DNA from: Mytilus californianus
Lineage: Eukaryota
Reading direction: 5' to 3'
Length of the DNA stretch: 64,000 nt
Assembly (NCBI RefSeq): GCF_021869535.1
Contig: NW_026262690.1
Span: 77,996,001-78,060,000 of the forward strand
Both the position numbers and the translations under genes were made by a program. This document shows positions 1-12,930 of the stretch, piece after piece. The notes below the pieces were generated by a model. That model saw only the letters and a list, made by a program, of their open reading frames with translations. It did no database searches and was not told where the DNA came from. Every line of letters starts with the position of its first letter. Position 1 is the first letter of the stretch.

Positions 1-400
1 ACCAACTTGAAAACTGGGCCCATAATCAAAAATCTAAACACATGTTTAGATTCAGCATATCAAAGAACCCTAAGAATTCAATTTTTGTTAAAATCAAACT
101 AAGTTTAATTTTGGACCCTTTGGACCTTAATGTAGACAAATTTAAAAAACGGGACCCAAAATTAAAAATCTAAATACACGGTTAGATTCGGCATATCAAA
201 GAACCCCAATAATTCAATTTTTGATGAAATCAAACAAAGTTTAATTTTGGACCCTTTGGACCTCAATGTGGACCAATTTAAAAACGGGGCCCAAAATCCA
301 AAAACTTAATACACGGTTAGATTCAGCATATTAAAGAACCCCAAGAATTCAAGAATAAAACCCCATTGAAATTGATCAAGAAATAAGCAATTTATACGAA

Positions 401-630
401 GTATCTTCTTTTGCACAATACTGTGCAATTGAATATTTCTTGCTATTGCGCAATACTGTACAATTGACAATTTCTTGCTATTGCGCAATATTGTGCTATT
501 GGATATTTCTTGCTATTGCGCAATACTGTTAAATTGAAGATTTCTTGCTATTGCGCAATACTGTGCAATTGAAGATTTCTTGCTATTGTGCAATACTGTG
601 CAATTGAAAATTTCTTGCTATTGCACAATA
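401..630. repeat. 35-bp tandem array, about 6.5 copies
   Basis: TTTCTTGCTA recurs at 436, 471, 506, 541, 576 and 611. The unit is approximately TTTCTTGCTATTGCGCAATACTGTGCAATTGAAGA. Confidence 0.95.
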
Positions 631-799
631 CTTATTATATAATAATTTACACATCCTGTTTGGTGTGTATCTCCTACCATATCATTATTATTTGCTTTTA
701 AATATAAATCAGAAATAACCAACTTAAAATGGAAAATTTTAAAAGAAAAAAAAAAGGAAAAAAAGAAAAAAAAAAAAAAAAAAAATCCCCCCCCAATTT

Positions 800-1340
800 T
801 TTGAACCCCCTTATGATTCATCACCCCCAAACTCAATCCCAGCCTTCCCTTTGTGGTATGGTACCTTGCAGTACAATTTCAGAGAGATCCATACACTTGA
901 ACACAAGTTATTGTCTGGAAACTAGAAAAATGCTTATTTTTGGCCCCTTTTTGGCCCCCAATTCCTAAACGTTTCGGGCAATTACCCCCAAACTCAATTC
1001 CAGCTTTCCCTTTGTGATATGGAACCTTGTAGTACAATTTCAGAAATATCCAAACACTTACACACAAGTTATTGTCATGAAACTAGAAAAATGCTTGTTT
1101 TTTGCCCCTTTTTTGGCCCCTAATTCCTAAAATTTTGAGGCAATTACCCCCAAAATCAATTACAGCCTTCCCTTTGTGATATGGAACCTTGTGGTACAAT
1201 GTCAGAGAGATCCATACACTTACACACAAGTTATTGTCTGAAAGTTACAAAAATGCTTATTTTTGGCCCCTTTTTGGCCCCTAATTCCTTAACTGTTGGT
1301 ACCATAACCCCCAAAATCAATCCCAACCTTCCTTTTGTGG
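800..1340. repeat. ~161-bp tandem array, about 3.3 copies
   Basis: GGCCCC-AATTCC anchor at 953, 1115 and 1276 with conserved intervening sequence. Confidence 0.9.
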
Positions 1341-2156
1341 TATTGAACCTTATGGTGAAATTTCATGGAGATCCATTCACTTAAACTAAAGTTAGAGTGC
1401 GAAAACCAATGTGTCTTCGGACGACGCCGGACGACGACGACGACGACGACGACGACAACGACGACGACGACGACGCCAACGTCATACCAATATACGACCA
1501 AAAAATTTTTAATTTTTGCGGTCGTATAAAAATGAAGGGTCCGTGTGCTTGTTTTCGAGATATATGCCATTGAAAATTTGGCGGGAAATAATTCTCTCTA
1601 GATTTTTCATACATTTAATATCAGCACCTTTTTTATTTCAAAAACTATAAAAAAATAACAAGGATTTTACAAGATTTTGAAAAATGGCTTTTCAAACTAT
1701 ATGAAATAAATTATGAAAAGAAAAGTAAAGGTTAGTGGGCAAAATTTTTATTGGCATTACATGGATAAAACCAGAGGATTCCGAATATCTGGCAAAAATT
1801 CAAAAACAAGAGGAGCAAACATTCTTAAGTTACAATGACAGATTTATAATATGGGAGTTTTCTTGAACATAGATTGAAGATGCTTTCATTTATATTCAAA
1901 GTAATTTTTTTTGTACATGTAAGAAGTAATGTGCTTCAAAGTTTTGAAGGAGTCAATTTGTAAAGTTTTGACTACTAATAACCAGTCACACAATGCAAGT
2001 TGAGGATAAACATGCATGTACTATGCATGAATATGCAGAAATGATCAAACTTTTTTTTTTAATGAAAAATTTTGTGTTGATGGCAGATCTTTGATTATTT
2101 CTGTTTATTCATTCACAAATTTACAAGACTTAAAATGATTCAGAGTTTATTATATT

Positions 2157-2327
2157 GTATAGTCACATGTATATTGTTGCAGAAGACTGTATGTTGCCCT
2201 TTATGGTTAATTTGTATAGACACATGTCTATTGTTGTAGAAGAGTGTATGTTGCCCTTTATGGTTAATTTGTATAGACACATGTCTATTGTTGTAGAAGA
2301 CTGTATGTTGCCCTTTATGGTTAATTT
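2157..2327. repeat. 57-bp tandem repeat, 3 copies
   Basis: Units start at 2157, 2214 and 2271 (GTATAG.CACATGT.TATTGTTG.AGAAGA.TGTATGTTGCCCTTTATGGTTAATTT). This explains the 19-aa periodicity of ORFs 2155..2493 and 2163..2354. Confidence 0.95.
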
Positions 2328-3301
2328 TGACATTAGGTTTCTGTCATATCCCACATCTACATTAATATTGTGCTCTAATGTAATTTTGAATTTACCAATG
2401 AAGTTTATGCAACAAGTAACAGTGTCCCAGGTAGAAGGAAATAGAGGGGAGCTGCGCCTGGCCCTAAAATTTTACACCCCTGTGCCGTATTAGTATGCCC
2501 TGAGCCTTTTTGTGACCCCCTTCTGTCTTTTTCAAGAAAAGGACGAGTTTAAAACTAATCTATTTTCCATAATCATCAACCATTCACCAGAACTTTTCAA
2601 GCTAATTAAAGATACCTGATTTAATTATGACATGTACCTGTTAATTACTTGTAACAGCTTGGGTGACAAACATATAATGTTCATTAACTAAACCTCAATA
2701 ATTTCAGCCTGAGGGAATACACTTGCACTTATTTTCAAAATTATATTTAATGCACTTTCATGTATTGCAAATCATTTAAGATACCTTGACATATAAAATA
2801 CTTATTTTACCAAAAGACATACAGCAATCAAATTTTAAGAATTAATGTCCTGTAACTATACAGATATTCTAAAAACTTTGTTTGTACATGTTTATCAAAT
2901 GTGTAAATAAATGTGTTTGTTCTCCTGGCTAACGATGTTATTTGTTTAATTGTGCTGCTCTCGTCAATGTATTCACATAATGTTTATTGTACATGCAATT
3001 ATTATTCTCTATACAGGTGTATACATTGGCTGTATGAGAATAAACATATACATATTTAAATGCCTTTAAACGAATTTCATAGAATTTGCTTTCAAAGTAT
3101 TGTCCATCTATTATTTCATGTATTTAGAAACATATGATCATGGATCCTAATACTAATATGTAGGAGTTTGCAGTATCATAGTTTATAATACAAATAATAT
3201 GTGCAGATGTCCATTTTGATGGGCACACATACAAAATTGCCACTTTATTCATATACCAGCCCTCCATTTTTAAATCCTAGCTAGAACACTGTGTAACTTA
3301 C

Positions 3302-3392
3302 TTCTGAGCATAGGTGGTGTGTCTCTTTTGACATATTTCCCTGCAATACCATCATTGATACCTGATGATGATTCTTTTTTCTTTGACAGCAT
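3302..3392 (-). CDS. SAV1: Salvador homolog (Hippo pathway scaffold), first coding exon only; the rest of the gene probably lies left of the window
   Basis: The minus strand from ATG at 3392 reads MLSKKKESSSGINDGIAGKYVKRDTPPMLR + A, then a GTAAGT donor at 3301. This matches the N-terminus of vertebrate SAV1 as I recall it (MLSRKK...QGKYVKKETSPLLRN). The exon is 91 nt, phase 1. No second exon was found in 1-3300. Confidence 0.85.
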
Positions 3393-3967
3393 ACTATTTC
3401 ATTATTTTGTATTTACTACTAAAATACACATGCTTTTTAAATTAGTCATATCAATATCACGGGTCCTTCATTGTTCCTGGTGAGAAACTGTACACTCTTT
3501 TATTTTCTCAATCAATCTTAAACACCATTTAACAGTATTTACTTAAAAGGTAGAAAATGTCAACTTTTATTAGTACATTTCACTTTCAGCACAATGGAAA
3601 CGCCCCATTAAACTTTAAAAGGATATGTTTGGCACAAGTAACTGTTCCAATTCATTTATAAATACAATTTGTATTACTTTAAAAGTTTTTGACAGTTTTA
3701 AAGTAGTTGAAATGTGGAAGATTTCGTGAATTCTAATTCCTAGTTTGTTGACAAATCTGCAAGTGCCCGAGTAGTGTGTAAAATGTCATTAAAATTGGGC
3801 CGGAAGTGACGTTTAATAAATTTTACGCAAATATGTGTATTTACCTTGACAACTTCACTGTCAATGTAGTGTGGTAGTTTGGCAACAAGTAAAGACGTAA
3901 CAACACCATTTTTTGTCTTAATTGCCGTCATTTTGCAAAAGGAGGATAAGCCTCCCATTATTCCAAG
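3393..3967. promoter_or_regulatory. Candidate bidirectional promoter and 5'UTR region between SAV1 and the RSPH gene
   Basis: 575 bp between divergent ATGs. Contains CCGGAAGT (3800-3807, ETS/GABP consensus), overlapping TGACGT (3807-3812), and two RFX X-box-like motifs, TTTACCTTGACAAC (3840-3853) and GTAGTTTGGCAAC (3874-3886). Confidence 0.6.
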
Positions 3968-6900
3968 ATGACTACAACACCAGCAAACACGGAACTAAAC
4001 ATGAACCCGAAGGACCAACAATTTATTAGTGCAAAATCATATCTTCTCACTTCAAGCACAGACACAGGAACAAATTTGTAAGTTTATCTGTGTATATATT
4101 TGTCTCATTTTAAGTGCGAGATTAATTTAAAGCCATATTTTCAAACTTGAAGCATTCTCTTTAATTCAGCTATTCATAAATTATATCTTTTAATTTCTTG
4201 TGAAAAATATTGAGATCATTTCTTGTGGGATTTCAACTTCTTACCAATAGAATCAGAATTGTCACAGGTTTATTTGTTTATATATATTTGTTTTGAAGTG
4301 TACTCATTTTCTGATGATATAAACACCAAGTATATTTTTTGAACTGAAATTTGCGATATATTTCAACCATATTAATTATATTGTTTACATCAGGAGAAAC
4401 AAAAGATTTTTTTTTCCAATGTGTTATAATTTATATGATATACATGTATATACATGTAGCTACAAATTGTAGATGATGAACCTTTTGCATTACACCGTTT
4501 GTGGAATGTTTTTACATTATACATTATATATATTACCTTGTATCATATTTTTTTGTAATTTCATGATCAATTAGTTATGAAAATGATGTTTTTACCCATT
4601 AAGAACACAAAGAATTTATAAACTTACTTTTTTGAATTTATACATATACAAAGTCAACCTTGTATACATTTATATACTTTTCAAATACCACATTCATAAA
4701 AATGTTTTTAGCAGTATACTTTGGTTTAACAGCTGTCTATAATAAATATTATTATTTTCAGATATGATCATTTGAGTTGTGTCTTGGCAAAAGTACTTGA
4801 TGAGAGACCAGAAAATGCATCTGACATTATTGAAGACATCAGTAGGGATGTCAAACGGTCAAAGTTTAATTCAAAAGTTGACACAGTACAAGACAAAGTA
4901 GACAAGTCAACAGAAGTTGCCCTTGCTGAAATTCATCATAAACTGTTTTCGGTAGGTATCAAACCAAACTTGACATTCATTTGTTCAATTTACAGTACTT
5001 ATAATATTTGAAAACACAGGATATATTTCATTTAAATTTTATTTTCCTTTTTTATTGATTAGTTTTTAATTTTTTTGATAGGACAGGATAGAAAAATATT
5101 TGTTCAACCACATTTCATACAATGTATATATATATATTTATAATCAAACTATCTTTTTGTAATTTGCATTCAAATAATAAGAATAATTTTTATTTGAAAG
5201 ACCCAATCAAAAAGAAATTAAAGTTGAGACTAATTTTGTGTTTCTATTATGTAGAAAGGAGAAGGAGAAGATGCAGACCAGGATCAAGATGAGGAGGTAG
5301 AAACACCACTACCAAATTTGATGGATCATTTTTTCTATTTTGAACAAGCTGGCATTGGATTAGGTCGTGAAGAACTTGTGCGTATTTGGCTAGCATTAAA
5401 AGACCTTGTAGATCGTTATCCATTACAACATGTGCATTTCTGGGGTAAAATATTTGGAACAGAACAGAACTATTATGTAGCAGAGGTAGAATATAGAGAA
5501 GGAAATGATGAGGGAGATGAAGAGGAAGAAGAGGTAAGTTAATTATATACTCCATCCCAGCAGTGCATGGTAGGAAACTGGTATATCAGTTTTTGTAATT
5601 TGAAAAAGCATTACAAAAACAAATAAGGGTTCTTTCTTCAGATGGTCTGTCAATTTTAATACACTTACTGGCCTGTCACAAATACTGACGATTTCAATAC
5701 TGTTAAAAACATTAAGTTTGAATAACTTGAAAACCAGAAGTAACTACAAGTGTATTGTTATATATTGAGAAATATCTGATTTGGACCATCACTTTCTAAC
5801 AAGGTTAACTAATCAATAATTGTTAATAGACATTTATCATAAAAATGAAAAAAAAGTTATCAGTATGTTCTGTAACCTTTGTAGGAAGAAGCTCATGCAG
5901 AGGAAGAAACAGAAAAAGAAGGAGACGAAGATGGTGAAGAAGGTATGTTGTGTATTAATTATTTACATCTTTGCTATGTTAAAGCTTACAAAGAACCTTT
6001 TTTATAAATGTATTAAATTTTAAATTACAAGATAAAAGCTTGGTATTTAACTATTTTATTTGAAGAGAGAAAACATGTCATTCATAGTAAGTACATGTAC
6101 CCATAGTAAATTCATCTGTCTGGCAATAAATTAATTTGGAAATAAAAATTGTATTATTGAATGACTATACACAACAAACATTGGTTTGAGAAGATTTATG
6201 TTTCAAAGTTTGATGAAATCCAGATGAGAAAAAAAAACATATGCTTACACTACATGTACAAAAATGTAATTTGGAAATGCATTTGTTATATTTTGCATTG
6301 GTACACTAGTATATTGAATTATTTTTTCCATTTTTTTCATAGAGGAACAGCAGGAAGATGATACCCCAAAACCAGACTGGAAACCTCCAGCAGAAGTACC
6401 AAAAGAAGAAAACAGATCTGGTGCAAATAAAAAGACATATTTTGTGTGCAATGACCGTAAGTACATGTAATAAATATTCTGTTCTTTTATCTTCCCTGAT
6501 CATGACCTAATACACATTTTAAAATAACATTAGCTCTACATCAAGTATTTAAAGTTTGTAAAGAGTTTTTTTTTAATTTTGAGACTAAAAGAATTATTCA
6601 TAATGGCATAATAAAACAGAACAATTTGATAAGTTACAAGTTTGAAAAGTTTATTGTTAAAATTATTGGTTAGATTTTCCAGAATATTGATACAAAACAA
6701 TAATGAATATACATTGAAAATGCATCACAAATCTATTTATTTTAATTTAGCTGGTAAGCCATGGATTAAACTCCCACCAGTAACACCTGCACAAATTCAC
6801 ATTGCCAGAAATATTAAAAAGTACTTCACAGGACGACTAGATGCTCCGGTAAGTTGTTATTTAAGTAGAATACTCAATAGTTCTTGCTTATTTTTATTGC

Positions 6901-9363
6901 ACATAAATGGATTATACGACACATGCATGAATATTAAGAAATAGGCAAAAATATGTTTTATCAGTGTTACATTTATATCTGAGCTTTTTTTTAAATTTGT
7001 TTTTAAATGTGTTATTAGGGAAACAAATTGGTTAGTAAAACTTTAGTAAGAAAAAATCTTGTTTTTATCCCGATATTGTCTAATAAAATTGATTCTTAAT
7101 TTTAGAGAATAACATGAGCTGCTTGTTTGTACTAATCTGTTTGTTCTTGCCTGTAGATTGTGAGTTATCCCCCATTCCCAGGAAATGAATGTAACTACCT
7201 GAGAGCTATGATTGCACGTATCAGTGCTGGAACACACATTTCACCTCTGTCATTCTACATTTTTGATGAAGAGGAGGAGGAAGAAGAAGAAGGAGGCAGT
7301 AAGTGACCATTTTGTATTAAATTGTTTAATTACACCACAGGGTGGAAACACTAGTACTGTAGTTATGATTTTTTGCTAACATTTAACCTGGAATCTGTTT
7401 AAGTTTTTGCTGAAAGTATACCATTGGCTTCTACAAACTTATAGACAGAGATATAAAGTTTAAATACTACTTTTCAATTAAAAAACCCATAGTATTTACG
7501 TATAGATAAGAAGATGTGGTATGAGTGCCAATTAATTAATATTTAAGTAGAATACTCAATAGTTCATGCCTATTTTTATTGCACATGTACATATGATATT
7601 ATGCCATCAAATACTTTACTGAATCTTGATAAACTGTATAACAACAAAGAAATAACACAGAATACTTCTATACACAAAATATTACAGTTGTCTGGCATCC
7701 ATCAAGTTATTCACTGCAACTATATATTTATACAGCAGGAATTCAATAGAAATTTACTATTTTCCACAGCAATACATGGCACAGTAAACTGAATTCCCTC
7801 CTTGTTTTCTCATCTGCAGTAAACAATTCATTGTTTGCAAGTTATCAGTAATGTCTGGTACACAATCAATTAAAGACTTAATTTTTAGTATATTTTTTCT
7901 ATTCTGTTTTACAGGCAGGGAGAATTTCATCATTAACCCTGAATATGAAGCCCATCCAATGAGAGATCTGGTAGATCAGTCATTATCACACTGGGTCCAT
8001 CATGTACAGCACATCTTACCACAGGTAAACAATTTATACAATGAAAGATATGATTAAAGTAAACATAAGGGTAGATGATCAAAAGACACATTAACGTAAG
8101 ATTACAGAAGATGGCAACCAATTAATGATACAAAACTAATGTTGTAGTTTATATGGCTAAAATTAACCATAAATTTATTGGATTACATCTTTTTTTATTA
8201 AAATGTTATTCTGTCTTTTGTGGCCTGAAATATGGGAACTTTATTAATGATTGCTGTTACTTAAAAGTTTTTTTGTCAATTAGAAAATTTGCTGATAATA
8301 GATCTTATGCAGTCTCTAAAAAAATAATTTGCAACTTGTTTTGAGGTGGTAAATTCATAGCCTGACATATGATATGACAACTTGTTCGTCAATAAAAACT
8401 GTATGCTGACCTTTAGATGTAGTATTTTTTTAAATGTTGTTGGGTTAAGAACTTCTTGACCTTTACCCCAGACCTTCATTATTATGTTTTTGAACAAAAT
8501 GTATAATTGATTGTTGTTTGACTTTCAGGGAAGATGTGTCTGGTTCCCACCTGCTAAACCAGATCAGGATGAGTTTGAGGATGAGGAAGAAGAAGAAGAA
8601 AGAGAGGAGCCAGATGAACCAGAACCAGAAAGAGGTCCAGAACTGCTCACTCCTCTGTCTGAGGATGCTGAAGTTGGAGATATGCCACCATGGACACCAA
8701 AACTTTCTTACAATCTCATTCCACAGTATGCATGTGCTGTAATGCGATCAAATCTATGGCCAGGAGCATATGCATTTGCTGCAGATAAGTAAGTCAATTG
8801 TAACTCTATATAGCTCTGAATTTATTTTCAGAAAATTATTTGAAACATTGTTATATATATTTAGATTCCAACTTATATTGAAGTAGTACTAAATATTATA
8901 AGGTTTTAAATCTTGTGAACTTTCATTTAAAATTTGGCAATTTATATAATCTATAATTGATTTTATAGAATGTATTGCTGATGACCTTAACTTAAGAAAA
9001 AGACTGTAATGAAAAAATACATTTATTCATCACATTTAAGTAATATAGTTATATTTAACAATGTAATATGATAAAACAAAATATCTATAAATAATTTGTA
9101 CAGTTTTATAACTCTTTCAATCTGTTTCTGTCAACAGGAAATTTGAAAATGTTTACATTGGCACTGGACACAAATACTCTAGAGATAATTACAGTCCACC
9201 AGAAACCACACCGATCAGAGAAGAATTCCCAAGCGGTGCTGAAATCACTGAAATTGAAGATCCATCAGTTGAAGAAGAAAGACAGATTCGTAAAGCACAA
9301 CAAGAGGCTGTTGAACCCGAAGAAATGGAAGAGGCAGAAGAAGAAGAGGAAGAAGATGATTAA
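3968..9363 (+). CDS. RSPH4A: Radial spoke head protein 4/6 homolog, 10 exons, 528 aa
   Basis: Exons 3968-4077, 4762-4951, 5255-5533, 5885-5942, 6343-6456, 6751-6848, 7157-7298, 7915-8024, 8529-8788, 9138-9363. All introns are GT-AG with consistent phases; total 1587 nt ending TAA. Family motifs: AKSYLL...[133 protein letters not shown] at 9370-9375. RSPH4A and RSPH6A cannot be distinguished by eye. Confidence 0.95.
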
Positions 9364-9590
9364 ATAACAAATAAATTATAAACTTACAAACTGCCAAGAA
9401 ACAACAGATAAATAACTGAATAGTGTTGTGATCAGGAAGTGTCAGCTATAAACTTTTAAATCATGTCATTCCATAGTCGATGCCTACTTTTACAGCATAC
9501 CAAATGTTAAAAGGAAGATTTTACATTTGTACATAAACTTATTTATATTATATAAATGCATTTTTTGCTCCTGTTATGAAGTAAAAGTCT

Positions 9591-9656
9591 GGACTGTACA
9601 TAAGTTTCTATTTAGTGGCCCATGGACTGTACATAAGTTTCTATTTAGTGGCCCAT
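9591..9656. repeat. 33-bp perfect direct duplication downstream of the RSPH stop codon
   Basis: GGACTGTACATAAGTTTCTATTTAGTGGCCCAT at 9591-9623 and 9624-9656. Confidence 0.95.
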
Positions 9657-10006
9657 AGATTTGTTTAAAGAATCTATAAGCAGATAGAATCTGCAGGAAT
9701 AGTAAATGACATATGGCTATATAAAAATAAGGAGATTTAGTATGATTGCCAATGAGACAACTATCCACCAGAGTTTAAATAAGTGGATAATCAATTAGGT
9801 CACTGTACAGCCTTCAACAATGAGAAAAACCTTACCATATAGCTTGCTATAAAAGGCCCAGACATGAAAAAATGTGAAGACTATGAGAAATTGGGAATAC
9901 ATGTAGTGTTATAAAGCTTCTCATAGTTCTTCTTTTGCTTCAGAACACATGGCATGTAAGTTAAATGATAAAAGGACTTGCTTTTTTGAAAAAAATATCA
10001 GTCTGC

Positions 10007-10685
10007 TTTTTGTCGAGCCTTCGACTTTTGTCGAAAAAGTGAAACATAGTGATCCTACATTCCGTCGGCGTCGGCAGCGGCGGCGGCGTCCACAAATATT
10101 CACTCTGTGGTTAAAGTTTTTGAAATTTTAATAACTTTCTTAAACTATCCTGGATTTCTACAAAACTGGGAAAGAAGCTTGTTTATGATCATAAGATAAT
10201 ATTCAAAAGTAAATTTTGTAAAAAAAAAATTCCATTTTTTCCGTATTTTACTTATAAATGGACTTAGTTTTTCTGCCAGTTAACATTACATTCACTCTGT
10301 GGTTAAAGTTTTTAACTTTTAACAACTTTCTTAAACTATCCTGGATTTCTACCAAACTTGGACAGAAGCTTGTTTATGATCATAAGATAGTATCCAGAAG
10401 TAAATTTTGTAAAAAAAAAATTCCATTTTTTCCGTATTTTACTTATAAATGGACTTAGTTTTTCTTCCAGTTAACATTACATACAGTCTGCAGTTTAAGT
10501 TTTTAAAACATTTATTAGATTCATTAACTATCCTGGATTTTTACCAAACTTGGACAGAAGCTACTTACAATCAAAAGATAGTATAGAGAGGAATATTTTT
10601 ATTAATTTTTTTCCTCATTTTTGTTGAGCCTGAGATTAACAGCAAAAGTAGGCGAGACACTGGGTTCCGGGGAACCCTTACGAAT
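10007..10685 (+). mobile_element. HINE-like element with a ~192-bp internal tandem repeat
   Basis: Starts TTTTTGTCGAGCCTTCGAC...GTCGAA. (GGC)n-like microsatellite at ~10063-10089. Repeat units start at 10098 and 10290, with a partial third. 3' hairpin GGGTTCC-GG-GGAACCC (10662-10677) followed by a T-rich end. Confidence 0.7.
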
Positions 10686-12589
10686 TTTTATTTATAAAGA
10701 ATTTTTGCACAGAAGTTTGTAAGTACTTCCCCCTTCTATTGTAGAAACTATATTCAGGGATACAAGTCAATGTCATTGAACAAATTATTATCTTCTTTTA
10801 ACTGATAAACCTGGGACATATTTGATGGTAATAGGATTGGTTTACAATCATTTTGGGATAAAAAGTTTTGGTTATCTCCCTTGCATATAGAATTCTTATT
10901 TTATTGGACAGTATTTTTAAAAATATTTTGTTTATTTATATTCAATTAGTAAACTTGCAATTGTACATGTATATTGAGCATTAACACCAAAAATATTCAC
11001 CATTTCTCATTCTCTTCATTTTAAATGATGCTCTCCCTTAAACACCCTTAGTCATAGAAATTAGACTATATATATTGTACATGCGTAATGATCTTCTAAC
11101 TCATGAGACATAGAATTGTATTACAATTTTGTAAAGAAGACAACATGAATGTAATCTGTTGCATTCATTGGATTTTGAATGGTAAACAGTAAGTAGATAG
11201 GTACCTATATGAAGATAAAGCACCTATATGGAGTTACCTAAAAAAATATGAGATAATTATAAACACATAAAAAAGGACAAAATGCCCATAGTCTTTGGTG
11301 GATAGTTGTCTCATTGTCAATCATCAACCTAATCTATTTGACAGTGTATCAAAAATGCTTCTTAAACATATTAAAGTTGTAGTCACGTGAATTGGAATAA
11401 GTATTGACAAAGAAACTGCTTAAATAGCAATTAAATTCATGCACTTATGAAATGAACATGCCCTGAGAATGCTTATCTCCCTTTATTGTAATACTTAGCA
11501 TTTTGGTATCTATTATACAATGAACTACATATGGAATTTCTACAAAAGGTTTATCTTTCTTATAAAATTATACAGAATACAACAACATGAATCATCTATC
11601 ACAAATAAAACACTTTAAGGTATTGAACATAACACTTTTGTCTGAGGCACTTTTCTGGATTTATGTTCATCAGGAACGCTCAAACTTTAACAGTTGAAAG
11701 CTAGGGACGTATACATATGTAGAAGTGTTTGGAAAGATAATAAACCAAACCAAATTTTTTTTTCCAAAGCTATTAATGATAATGACATCTTTCAAGAAAT
11801 TTAATACTAGTAGTTGTTACCAGTAGTTTGAAAAAAAAAAAAGAATGAAGAATAAAAATATTAAGTGTTTGTAGTTTAATCCCAAATTGGCACACAATAT
11901 ATATTCTTAGAAATAAACCATTTTAATGTTGTGACGAGGGAAGCTTCATATCTTCTGAACACAAATTTAAAATTGGTGGTGCACAATTGCATTTTTAGTT
12001 CTGACTAGTATCTAAAATGTCAATATTCACTGTTTGGGAGGAGTTGTGGCTCCTCCATATATTTCCATAAAAAATCTTGCATCATTCTGATAAAAAAAAG
12101 TTGGTGCATAATGATACAAAGCATTGCTTATTGATGTATTATGTAAACTATTCAAAAACCTCACTAGTTTAGGATGAGTTAGTGTTTTGGGATGCTTAGC
12201 CCAAGGTATAAAAAAACGACAAGTTCTATGTTTTGCTCTGTCAGTTAAAACGAAACAATCTGATCGATTGGTTGATTGTTGTTTCCTCAATGTTTAGTGG
12301 TCAAACACGATGATATTAGGTGCACAGTTACATTTGATATTGAAGATGCTTTTTAATTTGAAGGTTAAAATCATTTCGATGAAATTAGGAGCTACAGATA
12401 AACAAATTAATCATAATCAACATCTGAATGGATAAAGCATTTACGTTTTTCTCCATTTTAAAGATTAACAGTTATATATACGGAGTAGTTAATAATGGAT
12501 ACCACACCGAATTTGCTTAGCTTTATTTGGAAAACCCTTTCAGAATTTTGGGTCCGCAATGCTCTTCAACTTCGTATATCTCATATATC

Positions 12590-12930
12590 CACGTGAACTT
12601 GAAATTCTAAAACAAGATGGTCTGCTTCTTTTCCAAATCATTTACTTGAACTTAATGCTTGAAAGACAAATATATATTACTTTTCATGAAAAACTCGATG
12701 ACTTCATTTATTCTATTTTCAACTTTCCAGTCTAGAGTAGTAATACTCCATTTGCCCAAGCCAATGGCATTTATATCTCAGTTGATAAGGTATGCTTGAG
12801 CTTGTTCTCAATATGGTGATATTACCATTAAACAGAGATGAACTTTGAATTCAAATGCCACTCTATCAAGGTATGACGGAGAACTACTAACAGTATGACT
12901 TCTTTTGGTTCTTTGGTCGCCATGATGAAC
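12590..12930 (+). mobile_element. Degenerate Penelope-like retroelement RT C-terminal fragment
   Basis: Interrupted translation resembling LIYPRELEI...DDF..SIFNFP..SSN.P.A.A.GIYISQL.RYA.ACSQYGD...QGY...FFGRHDEL. Confidence 0.6.

Larger units (their letters stand above)
1..1532 (-). mobile_element. Helentron-associated non-autonomous element (HINE/DINE-like) with three internal tandem arrays; continues beyond the left edge
   Basis: Terminal palindrome TATACGACC (1491-1499) / GGTCGTATA (1520-1528) next to AAAA (TTTT on - strand). (GAC)n microsatellite at ~1420-1474. Internal arrays of ~135 bp (1-350), 35 bp (~401-630) and ~161 bp (~800-1340). This palindrome, microsatellite and central-repeat layout is typical of HINEs. 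Confidence 0.7.

Noticed and set aside
618-1614. ORFs with poly-F, poly-K, poly-V or poly-S tracts
   Set aside because: These are translations of the A-tract and (GAC)n microsatellite of a HINE-like element.
1-3300. SAV1 exon 2
   Set aside because: I found no minus-strand acceptor followed by SAV1-like sequence; the region is mostly repeats.
5247-8742. Alternative-frame and antisense ORFs overlapping RSPH exons (e.g. 5247..5555, 6245..6466, 8518..8742)
   Set aside because: These are shadow ORFs of purine-rich, Glu-rich coding exons with no independent motifs.
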